Shown here: piece by piece, positions 17,754 through 26,722 of the stretch
Position numbering within the stretch: the stretch's first letter is position 1
Layout: each line of letters starts with the position of its first letter
Assembly: GCA_002331465.1 (NCBI GenBank)
Contig: DCYM01000042.1
Coordinates: forward strand, 1 to 36,008
Source of the DNA: Candidatus Neomicrothrix sp. UBA2110
GTDB lineage: Bacteria > Actinomycetota > Acidimicrobiia > Acidimicrobiales > Poriferisodalaceae
Direction: 5' to 3'
Length of the DNA stretch: 36,008 nt
Position numbers and translations under genes: made by a program
Notes under the pieces: model-generated
Told to the model about the DNA's origin: nothing
What the model saw: only the letters and a program-made list of their open reading frames with translations
The model's database searches: none

Positions 17754-19489
17754 GGCGCACCTGAGGGCAAAAGTCCGAGATCAAGCGCCGATTGGATGGC
17801 CGATGCCGCTGTGTGTCCCAGTCCGCAAATCGAGGCGTCACCCATCACCGCAGAGATGTCGTCAAGTAGCTCCCTTTGAGTTTGGTCGGGTCCTTTTGCG
17901 TTTATCTGAAGGAGGACCTCGTGCTGTCGCACTGTCCCAATCCGGCACGGAACGCACTGACCACAGGACTCATCACGGAAAAATTGGGCGAGACGGCGAG
18001 TGACATCCAACATGTTGACTTCATTTGAGAAGACCATCAGCGCCCCTGAACCCAAAGTGGTCTCATTAGCGGCTGCATCTTCGAGCGTCAGCGGGAGGTC
18101 CAGTTTCTCTGGGCCGACGAAACGACCGGCTGCGCCTCCCATAAGGATCGCTTGCAGGTCCCCCACCACTCCCCCAGCTATTTGCAATAGTTCTCCGAGC
18201 GAGACTCCGAAGGGAATTTCATACAATCCCGGAAATCGTATGTGCCCAGACAAACAAAACAATTTTGTTCCAGGAGATCGCTCGGTGCCTAATGACCGGT
18301 AGGCATCCACTCCACTGTTCAAAATTTCGAGCACGTTGATCAACGTTTCGGGATTGTTGATGACCGTGGGCTCGCCGAATAACCCGCTAGTCGTAGGAAA
18401 GGGGGGTTTGCTTCGCGGTTCTCCGCGCTGGCCTTCAATTGAGTTAAATAAAGCCGTTTCTTCGCCACAGATGTATGCGCCGGCGCCTCGTCGGACCTCG
18501 ATATCGAAGGAGTATTCAGAACCAGCGATCTTGGGTCCAAGGTATCCAGAGGCACGAGCGCTTTGTATTGCATGGTTTAATCGGCGTGTGGCTAGTGGGT
18601 ATTCGCCTCGGATATAAATCCACCCACGTTCTGATCCGGTGGTAACGCCTGCGATCGTCATCGCTTCAATAACCGCGAACGGATCATTTTCCATAATTAG
18701 GCGGTCCTTGAAAGTTCCGGGTTCGCTCTCGTCTGCGTTGGCGACAACGTGTTTAGAGGAAGAGTTCTCCTCAGCAACCGCACGCCACTTGGTTCCAGTA
18801 GGAAACGCCGCTCCGCCTCTTCCAGACAAACCAGATGCCTCGAGTGTGCTCAGTACTGCGTCGGTCCCGATGTTTAGGGCTAGAGCCAACGCGTCATAGC
18901 CACCGTTGGACTTATAAGAATCGATGCTCAGTGGGTCCGCGACACCAAAGCGTCTTAGCAATCGGAGAGAGGAGTCACCTCGTTGGGGATGAGAAAAACC
19001 ATCAGCGTCCGCTGGAACTCGATCGGGCGCGCCGACCTCTTGAATAAACATTGCAGGAGCGCGCTCACACTGCCCGAGGCAAGGGCTTTCGTGAACTCGC
19101 TGTCCGGTTGCTTGGATTTTAGATAGCAGGTCTGCTGAGCCGGCCATGGCGCATGCTGCATCAACACAAATGTGGTGTTGAGGGCCCGGGATAGAGGGTT
19201 TTTCAGTTGCAAACAAATCGTAAAATGTTGCTACGCCATATGCTTCGGCGGGAGGTACCTGAAGAACTTCCGCCAAATAATTGAGACCGCCGGGGCTTAT
19301 CCAGCCCTGCGAGTTTTGAAGCACATGTAGACCAGGGAGCAGTAGGTGCCGTTGCTCACGACGGCGCGTTACCCCGCCGCGTACGACTCTCTCTCCCTCG
19401 CGAACAACAGCTGTTTTGGTAACGAAGGAGTCGACAATTTGTATTTCCTCTGCATCGGGGCGAGCATCGCCGAATTGGAGGTCAGCCAC
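17750..19489 (-). CDS. NAD(H)-binding diaphorase subunit of formate dehydrogenase: NuoE-like [2Fe-2S] fused to NuoF-like FMN/[4Fe-4S] (FdsG-FdsB fusion)
   Basis: NuoE part: GVATFYDLF, CVDAAC...CLGQC. NuoF part: GRGGAAFPTGTKW, ESEPGTFKDR, ESCGQCVPCRIGT, ICGLGHTA. The ORF track starts at 19594 and overlaps fdhA by 113 nt. The GTG at 19489 overlaps the fdhA stop (GTGGCTGA) and leaves a normal-length NuoE N-terminus. The start is uncertain; TTG at 19501 is also possible. Confidence 0.8.
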   Translation of the reverse strand: MADLQFGDARPDAEEIQIVDSFVTKTAVVREGERVVRGGVTRRREQRHLLLPGLHVLQNSQGWISPGGLNYLAEVLQVPPAEAYGVATFYDLFATEKPSIPGPQHHICVDAACAMAGSADLLSKIQATGQRVHESPCLGQCERAPAMFIQEVGAPDRVPADADGFSHPQRGDSSLRLLRRFGVADPLSIDSYKSNGGYDALALALNIGTDAVLSTLEASGLSGRGGAAFPTGTKWRAVAEENSSSKHVVANADESEPGTFKDRLIMENDPFAVIEAMTIAGVTTGSERGWIYIRGEYPLATRRLNHAIQSARASGYLGPKIAGSEYSFDIEVRRGAGAYICGEETALFNSIEGQRGEPRSKPPFPTTSGLFGEPTVINNPETLINVLEILNSGVDAYRSLGTERSPGTKLFCLSGHIRFPGLYEIPFGVSLGELLQIAGGVVGDLQAILMGGAAGRFVGPEKLDLPLTLEDAAANETTLGSGALMVFSNEVNMLDVTRRLAQFFRDESCGQCVPCRIGTVRQHEVLLQINAKGPDQTQRELLDDISAVMGDASICGLGHTAASAIQSALDLGLLPSGAP

Positions 19490-21413
19490 GCGAAGTACCA
19501 ATGGGAAGCTTGTCGATCCGAATCGATGCGGCTTTGAATTCCGCTGTACCGCTGAGCGGATCCCACTCATCGTTGGTGAGAAGGTTGAGGTCAACTAACT
19601 CGGGAAAATGGAACGTCGAAAAGGTCAAGCCTGTGACTTGGTCTGGTTCGATTTTGATGTGCATTTCGACTCGGCCCCGAGGTGAGGACACTGACACCCT
19701 TTCACCATCAACGAGATTGAGGTTCAGGGCGTCAACTGTGCTGATTTCGAGATGTGAACCGGAACGTATCGGAGATTCATAGCCGCTGGATTGGACTCCT
19801 GTGTTGTAGGAGTCGAGCACTCTGCCGGTAGTTAAACGCAACGGATAGTCGTCGGTTAATTGTTCTTTGGGGCCTGCGTAGCGGGTAAGTGAGAAAGGTG
19901 CAGGTGCGCGCCCGTCCAGGTCGTCCTCCCAGAGCCACCCGTGTAGGTATGGCGTGCCGGGGTGATCAATATTCGGGCACGGCCACTGCAGTCCGCCTTC
20001 AGTTTCGAGGCGGTCGTAGGTCATGCCAGCGTGCATTGAAGACAAGGACCGGAGTTCATCCCATAGTTCTTCGGGAGTTTTAGCGGTCCATTTGGCCCCC
20101 ATGCGTTGAGCAAGTTCGCCAATAATTTCGTAATCGTGTCGACAGTCCCCCGGCGCCTTGACTGCGGCTCGCACGCGTTGCACTCGTCTTTCGCTTGATG
20201 TCACAGTGCCTTCGGATTCAGCCCAGCCGACAGTCGCTGGAAGTACAACGTCGGCGAGTTGTGCGGTGCGAGTAAGGAATATGTCTTGAACCACAAGAAT
20301 GTCGAGTTGAGCGAGGAGTTTCCTCGTGTGGTCGACGTCGGCTTCTGAATCGGCAGGGTTTTCGCCGATGATGTACAGAGCCGTCAAGTCGCCTCGGGCC
20401 ATGGCTTCGAACATCAACGTTAGGTGGAGCCCAGGTTCTGGATTGATAGGGCCGCCGTAAACTGATTCAAATTTTGCTCGGGCTGAGTCGTCAGCGACAT
20501 CTTGGAATCCAGGCAGTTTGTTGGGGAGGGCGCCCATGTCGCCGCCCCCTTGCACGTTGTTTTGGCCACGAAGCGGCACTAGGCCCGAGCCCCACCGACC
20601 GACGTGCCCGGTTAATAAGGCAAGGTTGCAGAGCGATAGCACGTTTTCAACGCCATTGTGATGCTCTGTGATTCCCAGAGTCCAAAGAATTTGCGCAGTG
20701 GGTGCAGTTGCGTACCCGTGTGCTAATTCCCGTATCGCATTCGCATTAACCCCGGTGGTTGCTGCTGCTCGCTCCAGCGTGTATTCATCGACGTGATCGG
20801 CGAAGGCGTCGAACCCTGACGTTGCGTGTTCGATGAACTCTTTGTTGTGGAGATTCGCGGCAATTATTTCCCTCGACATGGCATTGGCTAGCGATATGTC
20901 AGTGCCGACGCCTATTCCGAGCCACAGATCTGCAAATTTGGCAGATGCGGTTCGTCTAGGGTCGACGGCGAACATTTTGGCGCCTTTAGAAAGTCCTTTA
21001 AGGACATGATGAAAATAGATCGGGTGCGCGGCCCTTGCATTAGATCCCCACAACAAAACAAAGTCCGTATCTTCTACCTCCGCGTAGGAAGAGGTCCCGC
21101 CCCCGACCCCAAACACTGTCGCCAGACCGACGACGCTAGGAGCGTGTCAAGTTCGGTTACACGAATCAATATTGTTCGAACCGACGGCAGTACGGATAAA
21201 TTTTTGGGCCGCGTAGTTCATCTCGTTGGTGCTTTTCGAACAACTGAAGAGACCGAATGTTTCATGACCACGGTCATTTATGGCTTGATTGAAGCCGTCC
21301 GCTGCACGGGTGAGTGCTTCATCCCAAGAGGCTTCCCGCAGTTCTCCGTTTTCGCGAACCATGGGTTTGGTGATCCGTGCTAACGGCTTGGGATGGTCTG
21401 TCTTCGAGGTCAT
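19482..21413 (-). CDS. fdhA: Formate dehydrogenase catalytic (Mo/W-bisPGD, MopB) subunit containing selenocysteine; in-frame UGA at 21149..21147; lacks the N-terminal FS0 cluster domain
   Basis: ORFs 21147..21542 and 19482..21116 share one frame. Read-through gives SNNIDSCNRT-U-HAPSVVGLATVFGVGGGTSSY. The ATG at 21413 has AGGAG 5 nt upstream. The C-terminal molybdopterin dinucleotide-binding domain is present (RLTTGRVLDSYNTG...GERVSVSSPRGRVEMHIKI). Confidence 0.85.
21118..21134 (-). promoter_or_regulatory. Bacterial SECIS-like hairpin directing Sec insertion at the fdhA UGA
   Basis: The mRNA reads UGA-CACGCUCCUAGC-GUCGUC-GGUCU-GGCGAC: a 6-bp stem (one G.U) with a GGUCU loop, starting 12 nt after the UGA. 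E. coli fdhF has UGA-N12-GGUUGCAGGUCUGCACC with the same GGUCUG apex. Confidence 0.65.
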
Positions 21414-21562
21414 AAAGACTCCTGTTTCGCGATTGCCGTGGAGAGACGAACCTCTTTCAGTGTACGGGGCATCTAAGGCCAGCCTCAGCGCAGTCGTTCT
21501 TTCGAATACGGAAATGCGACGGTGTTCGGTAACCGACTCCACCTCGAGAAATCTTGTGAGTA

Positions 21563-21602
21563 GTTGCCGGTTCAGGGAATAGATCAGTTGGCACCTGGCA
21601 AC
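21563..21602. promoter_or_regulatory. Inverted repeat in the fdhA-iclR divergent intergenic region (candidate operator)
   Basis: GTTGCCGG (21563-21570) and CCTGGCAAC (21594-21602) are separated by 23 nt. A TGGCAC repeat occurs at 21589-21594 and 21617-21622. Its function is not established. Confidence 0.2.
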
Positions 21603-21642
21603 GCTGTTCCACGATGTGGCACACTCAGGACGGAGGTTTCTA

Positions 21643-22386
21643 ATGGCAGTCGTGCAATCGGTACACAGGGCGTTCGCGATTTTGCGAGCACTTTCTTCTG
21701 GTCCGCTAGGAGTGACTGAGGTATCTCAGCGAGTGGGATTGCCCAAAAGTACCGTGGCCCGCTTGTTGGCGGCTCTTGATGAAGAAGGGGCGGTGCGTCA
21801 AGGTCAAGCTGGTGGTCGATATTCGTTGGATGATGGACTTCTTGATCTGGCGGGCGAAATCGGTGGTAATCGAACCTTGCTAGCGGTGGCTCGATCGCAT
21901 TTATTGGACTTGGTCGACTCAATTGGTGAGACCTCAGGTATTGGAGTGAGGGAAGGCCGGGAGATCTACTACGCCGACCACGTTGAGTTCGATAGCCAAG
22001 TTCAGGTCAGGAATTGGACTGGAGAACATGCCCCTCTACATCTTGTTCCATCTGGCCTCGTGTTTTTGGCACACATGAAAACCGAAGAGGTTGACGCTTA
22101 TTTAGATGAGCCTTTGGAGGTTACGACCGCTCAGAGCGAAGTAGATCCGGTGAAGATTCGACAACGCCTTGGACAAATTCGCAGAGTCGGGTATTGCTGG
22201 GGACACCAGGAATTCGCCGAGGATCTCAACTCAATGGCAGCACCTGTTTTCAACGCTAGAGGCAACATGGTCGCTGCTCTCCACGTCCACGGACCTGCCT
22301 ACAGGTTCCCTGACCCTGAGCAAACGCACGACTTGGGTATCCTGTTGGCCGCTACTTGCGAGCGGATGACTCTTCAGCTCGGTTGA
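21643..22386 (+). CDS. IclR-family transcriptional regulator
   Basis: The N-terminal wHTH SVHRAFAILRALSSGPLGVTEVSQRVGLPKSTVARLLAAL and the C-terminal effector domain are typical of IclR. GGAGG lies 6 nt upstream of the ATG at 21643; the ORF track starts at 21616. Confidence 0.85.
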   Translation: MAVVQSVHRAFAILRALSSGPLGVTEVSQRVGLPKSTVARLLAALDEEGAVRQGQAGGRYSLDDGLLDLAGEIGGNRTLLAVARSHLLDLVDSIGETSGIGVREGREIYYADHVEFDSQVQVRNWTGEHAPLHLVPSGLVFLAHMKTEEVDAYLDEPLEVTTAQSEVDPVKIRQRLGQIRRVGYCWGHQEFAEDLNSMAAPVFNARGNMVAALHVHGPAYRFPDPEQTHDLGILLAATCERMTLQLG

Positions 22387-22418
22387 CGGCCAATCAGCGA
22401 CCCGCCCCAACGTTGCTC

Positions 22419-23396
22419 TTAGCTTCTACGTCTCTTAACTTCTTCGATGACTGCCGGGATGACTTCGTGGAGGTCCGCGATAACCGCGTAACCGGCTTTG
22501 GTAACCATGTTTGCTTCGCGGTCTGTGTTGATGGCGAGAATATTTTTTGATGCCATCGCGCCTACCCAATGCTGGATAGCCCCTGAGATGCCACACGCGA
22601 TGTAGATCTCGGGCGCAATGCGAGTGCCGGTCTGGCCCACCTGGTCGGCGTGGCTTCGCCAACCATTGTTGGTGACTGCCCGAGAGCAGCCGACGCGGCC
22701 GCCGAGAAGGTCTGCTAATTCCTCCAGTTGGGCGAAACCGTCGGCAGAGCCCACGCCGCGGCCGCCGGACACCACTACGGATGCCGTCGAGAGGGTGACC
22801 CCCTCGGTCAGCGTCACGCGATCCCGAATAACTGTCCGCCCCAAAGTGGGGTCCAGTTCTACCCCAACGGTTCGAACTTCTATCTCATTGTCCCCGGGGA
22901 AGAAGGCGGGTTCAATCGAATGGTGGTTATAGGACGCTATGAGCAGCTCTGAGTCAACAACGATGTCTTCTAGGAGGGATCCACCCCACTGAACCCGAGT
23001 TATTTCCCACGCATCGCCACGTTGAACGACGGTGCTGTTAGCGGCGAAAGGGGCACCCAACCTTGCGGCAACTTGCGCTAACACCTCATTGCCGCGGTCA
23101 GTCCCAACTGAGAGGATTACGGACGGCGAACACTGGTTTGCGAGTTCGACAATGGCCTGGCCCCATGTTTCTGGGCCGTAATCGGATAGAACCGGAGAGG
23201 TCAGACAATAAGCCAACTGCACTCCGTACTCCGCGCACATCGTTCCAAGGCCCTCGGCGGCTTGCCCGACTAAGACAGCAGCGGTTTTTTGAGACAGCCT
23301 TTCTCCCAGTTCTCTGGCGGCAGTTAGAGCCTCGCCCGCCGAGGGTGATAGTTGTCCTTGGTCGTGTTCCACGAAAACCAAAATTTCGCCCATCAC
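22419..23396 (-). CDS. etfA: Electron transfer flavoprotein alpha subunit
   Basis: The C-terminal FAD-binding signature PEIYIACGISGAIQHWVGAMASKNILAINTD is present. ATGA-type overlap with etfB. Confidence 0.9.
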   Translation of the reverse strand: MMGEILVFVEHDQGQLSPSAGEALTAARELGERLSQKTAAVLVGQAAEGLGTMCAEYGVQLAYCLTSPVLSDYGPETWGQAIVELANQCSPSVILSVGTDRGNEVLAQVAARLGAPFAANSTVVQRGDAWEITRVQWGGSLLEDIVVDSELLIASYNHHSIEPAFFPGDNEIEVRTVGVELDPTLGRTVIRDRVTLTEGVTLSTASVVVSGGRGVGSADGFAQLEELADLLGGRVGCSRAVTNNGWRSHADQVGQTGTRIAPEIYIACGISGAIQHWVGAMASKNILAINTDREANMVTKAGYAVIADLHEVIPAVIEEVKRRRS

Positions 23397-24160
23397 AGCA
23401 CCCCCAACTCGTCCAGTAAATCGACTACTCGCGCGGCGGCGGCTGCGCTCTCGCCTAGGACATTGGTTTCCGTGACTCTTTCCTCGGGCCGATGAAGGCG
23501 AACCTTATTCTGTCCTCCTGCGTGCACCTCGATAGGGGCGATAGCGATTTCAGCTTTCTTGGAGGCGAGTCGGCCTTTCATTGTGGGATAGCGAGGAAGG
23601 TTGATACCTTCGCGGACCCCGAGCACCGCTGGCGCTTCAAGTTGATAGACCTCTACGCCGGTGTCTACCTCGCGCCGGGCGGTGAAAACACGGTCGTTGA
23701 TCTCTATGCCTTTGATGCCATTAACGATGGGGCGATCCAACGCGACGGCGACCCTAACTCCTACCTGGAAGCCACCTGCATCCGCGGATTCGTTTCCAAA
23801 CATAATGAGGTCAAACTGGCCGTCCTCTGCTTCCAACTTGTTGATGGCTTGGGTGATCGCGTTTGCGGTGCGCTCAGGGTCCCAATCGCCTCCGCTGTTG
23901 TTGGGAATCAGCACAAAGTCAGTGCCCCCGACGCTCGCGGCGTAGCGGAGTTGCTCTTCCGCTTCGGTTGGCCCGGCGGTTAGGACCGTAACGGTCCCAC
24001 CATGTTGCTCAATGATCTGAGCGGCTTCTTCGAGCGCGCACTCTTCGTGAGGGCTCGTTGTGAAGCCAAGGTGGGCAGTATCTACATTTAGCTGGTCAGG
24101 GCTTATGTTGATGCGTGAACCCGGAGCAGGTACTCGTTTCACGCAAACCAGAACCCGCAT
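23393..24160 (-). CDS. etfB: Electron transfer flavoprotein beta subunit
   Basis: MRVLVCVKRVP N-terminus, about 255 aa, immediately upstream of etfA. AAGGAG lies upstream of the ATG. Confidence 0.9.
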   Translation of the reverse strand: MRVLVCVKRVPAPGSRINISPDQLNVDTAHLGFTTSPHEECALEEAAQIIEQHGGTVTVLTAGPTEAEEQLRYAASVGGTDFVLIPNNSGGDWDPERTANAITQAINKLEAEDGQFDLIMFGNESADAGGFQVGVRVAVALDRPIVNGIKGIEINDRVFTARREVDTGVEVYQLEAPAVLGVREGINLPRYPTMKGRLASKKAEIAIAPIEVHAGGQNKVRLHRPEERVTETNVLGESAAAAARVVDLLDELGVL

Positions 24161-24196
24161 CGATTCTCCTTAGTGACGGTGTTGATGTGACTGGCC

Positions 24197-26722
24197 TTAA
24201 GCTTTCATGCGCCCATTGTCAGGGTCAAAAAGAGCCAGGTTGGCTCCGGTGGCGGCGACCTTCACAGGATAGTTTTCGTTCTGATACATGACTTGTAGAT
24301 CGGTGCCGATTTCACATAGATCAGTTGGTAAATAGGCCATCAAGAGATATTTACCAACGGAAGGAGCGTTACCGGCCGTAGTGACCCTGCTAACTCTGCC
24401 TTTTGCGTCGACGATACGTTCGCCGCTCAACGTCAGTATTGGTTCATTTCCAGCGCCCATGGGAAACCGATTGTAACCGTCAATGCACGCGTGACTTTCG
24501 ACCGTGAGCACACACAATTGAGCGCAAGGAGCTCCTTCGCGGGCGGTCAGATAGGCCTCTTTGCCGATGAAGTCAGCAACCTTCACCTTCGGTCGCGCTA
24601 AGCCAGCTTCGACGGGCGTGTATTCGCTGTCTAACTCGGCGCCCATCAAGCGGTAGCCCTTCTCGATCCGACCGCTGGTGCCGTAGACCGCCGCGCCCAC
24701 TGGGCGAAGGTCGAAGTTGGATCCCTGATCGATGATGGCGTCCCACAGCGCAAGTCCATGTTGCGTTGGCGTGTATATCTCGAAGCCAGCGTCGCCTACG
24801 TACGACACTCGAAACATGTCTGTCGGAAGGCCAGCAATCAGGACCTCCTGGCAGGTGCCATAAGGGAAAGCGCTTTGATCGAGATGTGATTCGGTTATCC
24901 CTTGAAGAATTGAAATTGCGTTCGGACCCCAAACGCCAAAAGTACACAAACCATTAGTTCGATTTTCGAACTGAACGGTGCCATCTCCGGGGAGGTTGTG
25001 TCGGAACCAGTACTCGTCGCGCCCACCGTCAAAGGCTCCGGTGATGATCCGGAACCTGTTTTGTCCCAACCTGAGAATCGTTAAGTCTGACCGAAATCCG
25101 CCTGAACTGTTCAGAACTGGAGTGTAAATCGAACCACCAATTTTGACGTCACACTTGTTGACGACCATGTGTTCGATGTAATCGAGAACTCCGGGACCAC
25201 TGACTTCGAAAACCTGGAACGCTGAAAGGTCGACAATGCCCGCTTGGTCACGCATGTGCAGGTGTTCAGCATCAGAGATGGGGGTCCACCAACGCGCGTC
25301 CCATTCGTGGTCTCGCCCCGGAACCTCGTAAGTGGCAACTAAATCGTTGTTGGACTCGTACCAGTGTGGGCGTTCCCACCCGCCGGCTTCGAAATAAAAC
25401 GCTTCGAGTACGTCAGTGCGAGCTTTGACGGGCCCCGTGGTGATGTCTCGTCTTGTCGCCCACTGCTCTCTGGGGTGCACGATGCCGTAGGTTTTGTTGA
25501 AATGTTCCTCAGCGCGCGCCTCGATGTGATGAACGTTGCGTTGCTGTGGGTAGAAGCGAGCGATGTCGGCGCCATGTGGGTCAGTCAAATGCGGGTAACC
25601 GTGAGTCATCCATTCGGCTACTAGCCGTCCAACTCCTGGGCCTTCTTTGACCCAAACAGCTGCTGCCGACCACAGATTGTCAACCTCCACTGTCGGCCCT
25701 AGCACAGGGTTGGCGTCAGGTGTCAGTGAGAGCAGACCGTTAATCGCGTACTTAATTTCTCCGTCACCCAAAAACTCCATCAACTCGATGGCTTCCTCCA
25801 TTTGTTGGTCGAAGTCGTCGGCGGTGAAGGGCATTTCAGTCGGACTGAGTGCCGCTTCGTTATTGGAGGGAATTTCGTCAACTCGGTGGAGGATTGGTCG
25901 GTGGGCGTAGGAGCCGACTTCCATGGAGCCCGCAGATTGACGTTCATAGCAGAAGGTGTCCATGTCGCGAACGATGGGATAGGCCAGTTCTTGCTGAGTT
26001 TCCACCAAGACATCAAATGGACCGACATCGGCCATTTGGTGGACAGCCGGGGTAAGTGGAATTGTCGCGCCCGCCATTTCGGCCAGTCGGGGACTCCAAA
26101 CGCCGCAGGCGATGACAACGGTCTCGCATTCGATGCGGCCCTTGTCCGTCAGCACGGCCTGGACTAGGGGTTTGTTTGGTCCTGTCGAAGTTTCGATATC
26201 GATGACTTCTGTATTTGCAAATACTTGCAAGCTTCCGGCGTCTTGCGCCTTTTTGCGCATCTGAGTGCCAGTTTCGAGCGAATCAACGGCACTCACGCTC
26301 GGGGTATAGAAGCCCCCAAGGATGACGTCGACGGAAATGAATGGGACACGTTCCTTTACCTCTGCCGGGGTAAGGAGTTCCGATGGGATCCCCCAGCAGG
26401 TAGCGGAGGTCATCCGTCGCTTGAACTCTTCCAATCTCTCTGGAGTTCGGGCTACTTCAATGCCACCGCATGTGTTCTGAAGTCCCAATTCCTCGTACTG
26501 CTTTTGACTGTCCAAAGTGAGATCGACGATTTCCTTTGAATGGTCCGCTGGGAAAATGAAATTCGAAGCGTGGCCTGTTGATCCTCCCGGGTTTGGCAAT
26601 GGTCCTTTGTCGAGGAGCACGATGTCATCCCAACCCATATCGGTTAAATGCCCGACAAGGCAGTTTCCGACGATGCCAGCACCGATTACGACGCATTTGG
26701 CTTTTGTTGGAAAATCACTCAC
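24197..26722 (-). CDS. Dimethylglycine / sarcosine dehydrogenase family enzyme (FAD-dependent oxidoreductase fused to a GcvT-like folate-binding aminomethyltransferase domain)
   Basis: 841 aa with a GTG start and GAGGG 5 nt upstream. N-terminal dinucleotide fold CVVIGAGIVGNCL. The C-terminal half shows GcvT-like motifs (DLSAFQVFEVSGPG, YTPVLNSSGGFRSDLTILRL, and the barrel domain at the end). Adjacent to etfBA. Confidence 0.85.
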   Translation of the reverse strand: MSDFPTKAKCVVIGAGIVGNCLVGHLTDMGWDDIVLLDKGPLPNPGGSTGHASNFIFPADHSKEIVDLTLDSQKQYEELGLQNTCGGIEVARTPERLEEFKRRMTSATCWGIPSELLTPAEVKERVPFISVDVILGGFYTPSVSAVDSLETGTQMRKKAQDAGSLQVFANTEVIDIETSTGPNKPLVQAVLTDKGRIECETVVIACGVWSPRLAEMAGATIPLTPAVHQMADVGPFDVLVETQQELAYPIVRDMDTFCYERQSAGSMEVGSYAHRPILHRVDEIPSNNEAALSPTEMPFTADDFDQQMEEAIELMEFLGDGEIKYAINGLLSLTPDANPVLGPTVEVDNLWSAAAVWVKEGPGVGRLVAEWMTHGYPHLTDPHGADIARFYPQQRNVHHIEARAEEHFNKTYGIVHPREQWATRRDITTGPVKARTDVLEAFYFEAGGWERPHWYESNNDLVATYEVPGRDHEWDARWWTPISDAEHLHMRDQAGIVDLSAFQVFEVSGPGVLDYIEHMVVNKCDVKIGGSIYTPVLNSSGGFRSDLTILRLGQNRFRIITGAFDGGRDEYWFRHNLPGDGTVQFENRTNGLCTFGVWGPNAISILQGITESHLDQSAFPYGTCQEVLIAGLPTDMFRVSYVGDAGFEIYTPTQHGLALWDAIIDQGSNFDLRPVGAAVYGTSGRIEKGYRLMGAELDSEYTPVEAGLARPKVKVADFIGKEAYLTAREGAPCAQLCVLTVESHACIDGYNRFPMGAGNEPILTLSGERIVDAKGRVSRVTTAGNAPSVGKYLLMAYLPTDLCEIGTDLQVMYQNENYPVKVAATGANLALFDPDNGRMKA

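Noticed and set aside
21147-21149. Alternative genetic code (UGA read as Trp or Gly) as the explanation for the in-frame TGA
   Set aside because: Several well-supported genes in the window (corrinoid protein, DUF1638, mttB, helicase, NuoEF-like) terminate on TGA at the expected protein ends. The TGA is therefore a normal stop elsewhere.
21147-21542. The 131-aa ORF as a stand-alone gene or as a truncated FDH pseudogene, and its N-terminal 43 codons (21414..21542) as coding
   Set aside because: The ORF ends on a TGA exactly at the conserved Sec/Cys position. It continues in frame into the 544-aa ORF and has a SECIS-like hairpin. The first 43 codons lack FDH similarity, and an AGGAG-ATG start at 21413 fits much better.
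21588-21603. Sigma-54-like TGGCAC-N5 element (TTGGCACCTGGCAACG) upstream of iclR
   Set aside because: The downstream half does not match TTGC at the required spacing, and the apparent host lineage (Actinomycetota) is not known to use sigma-54. It is kept only as part of a repeat in the control region.
21584-21922. 112-aa minus-strand ORF antisense to the iclR 5' end
   Set aside because: It overlaps the clear IclR wHTH coding region. It is proline-rich with no motif support.
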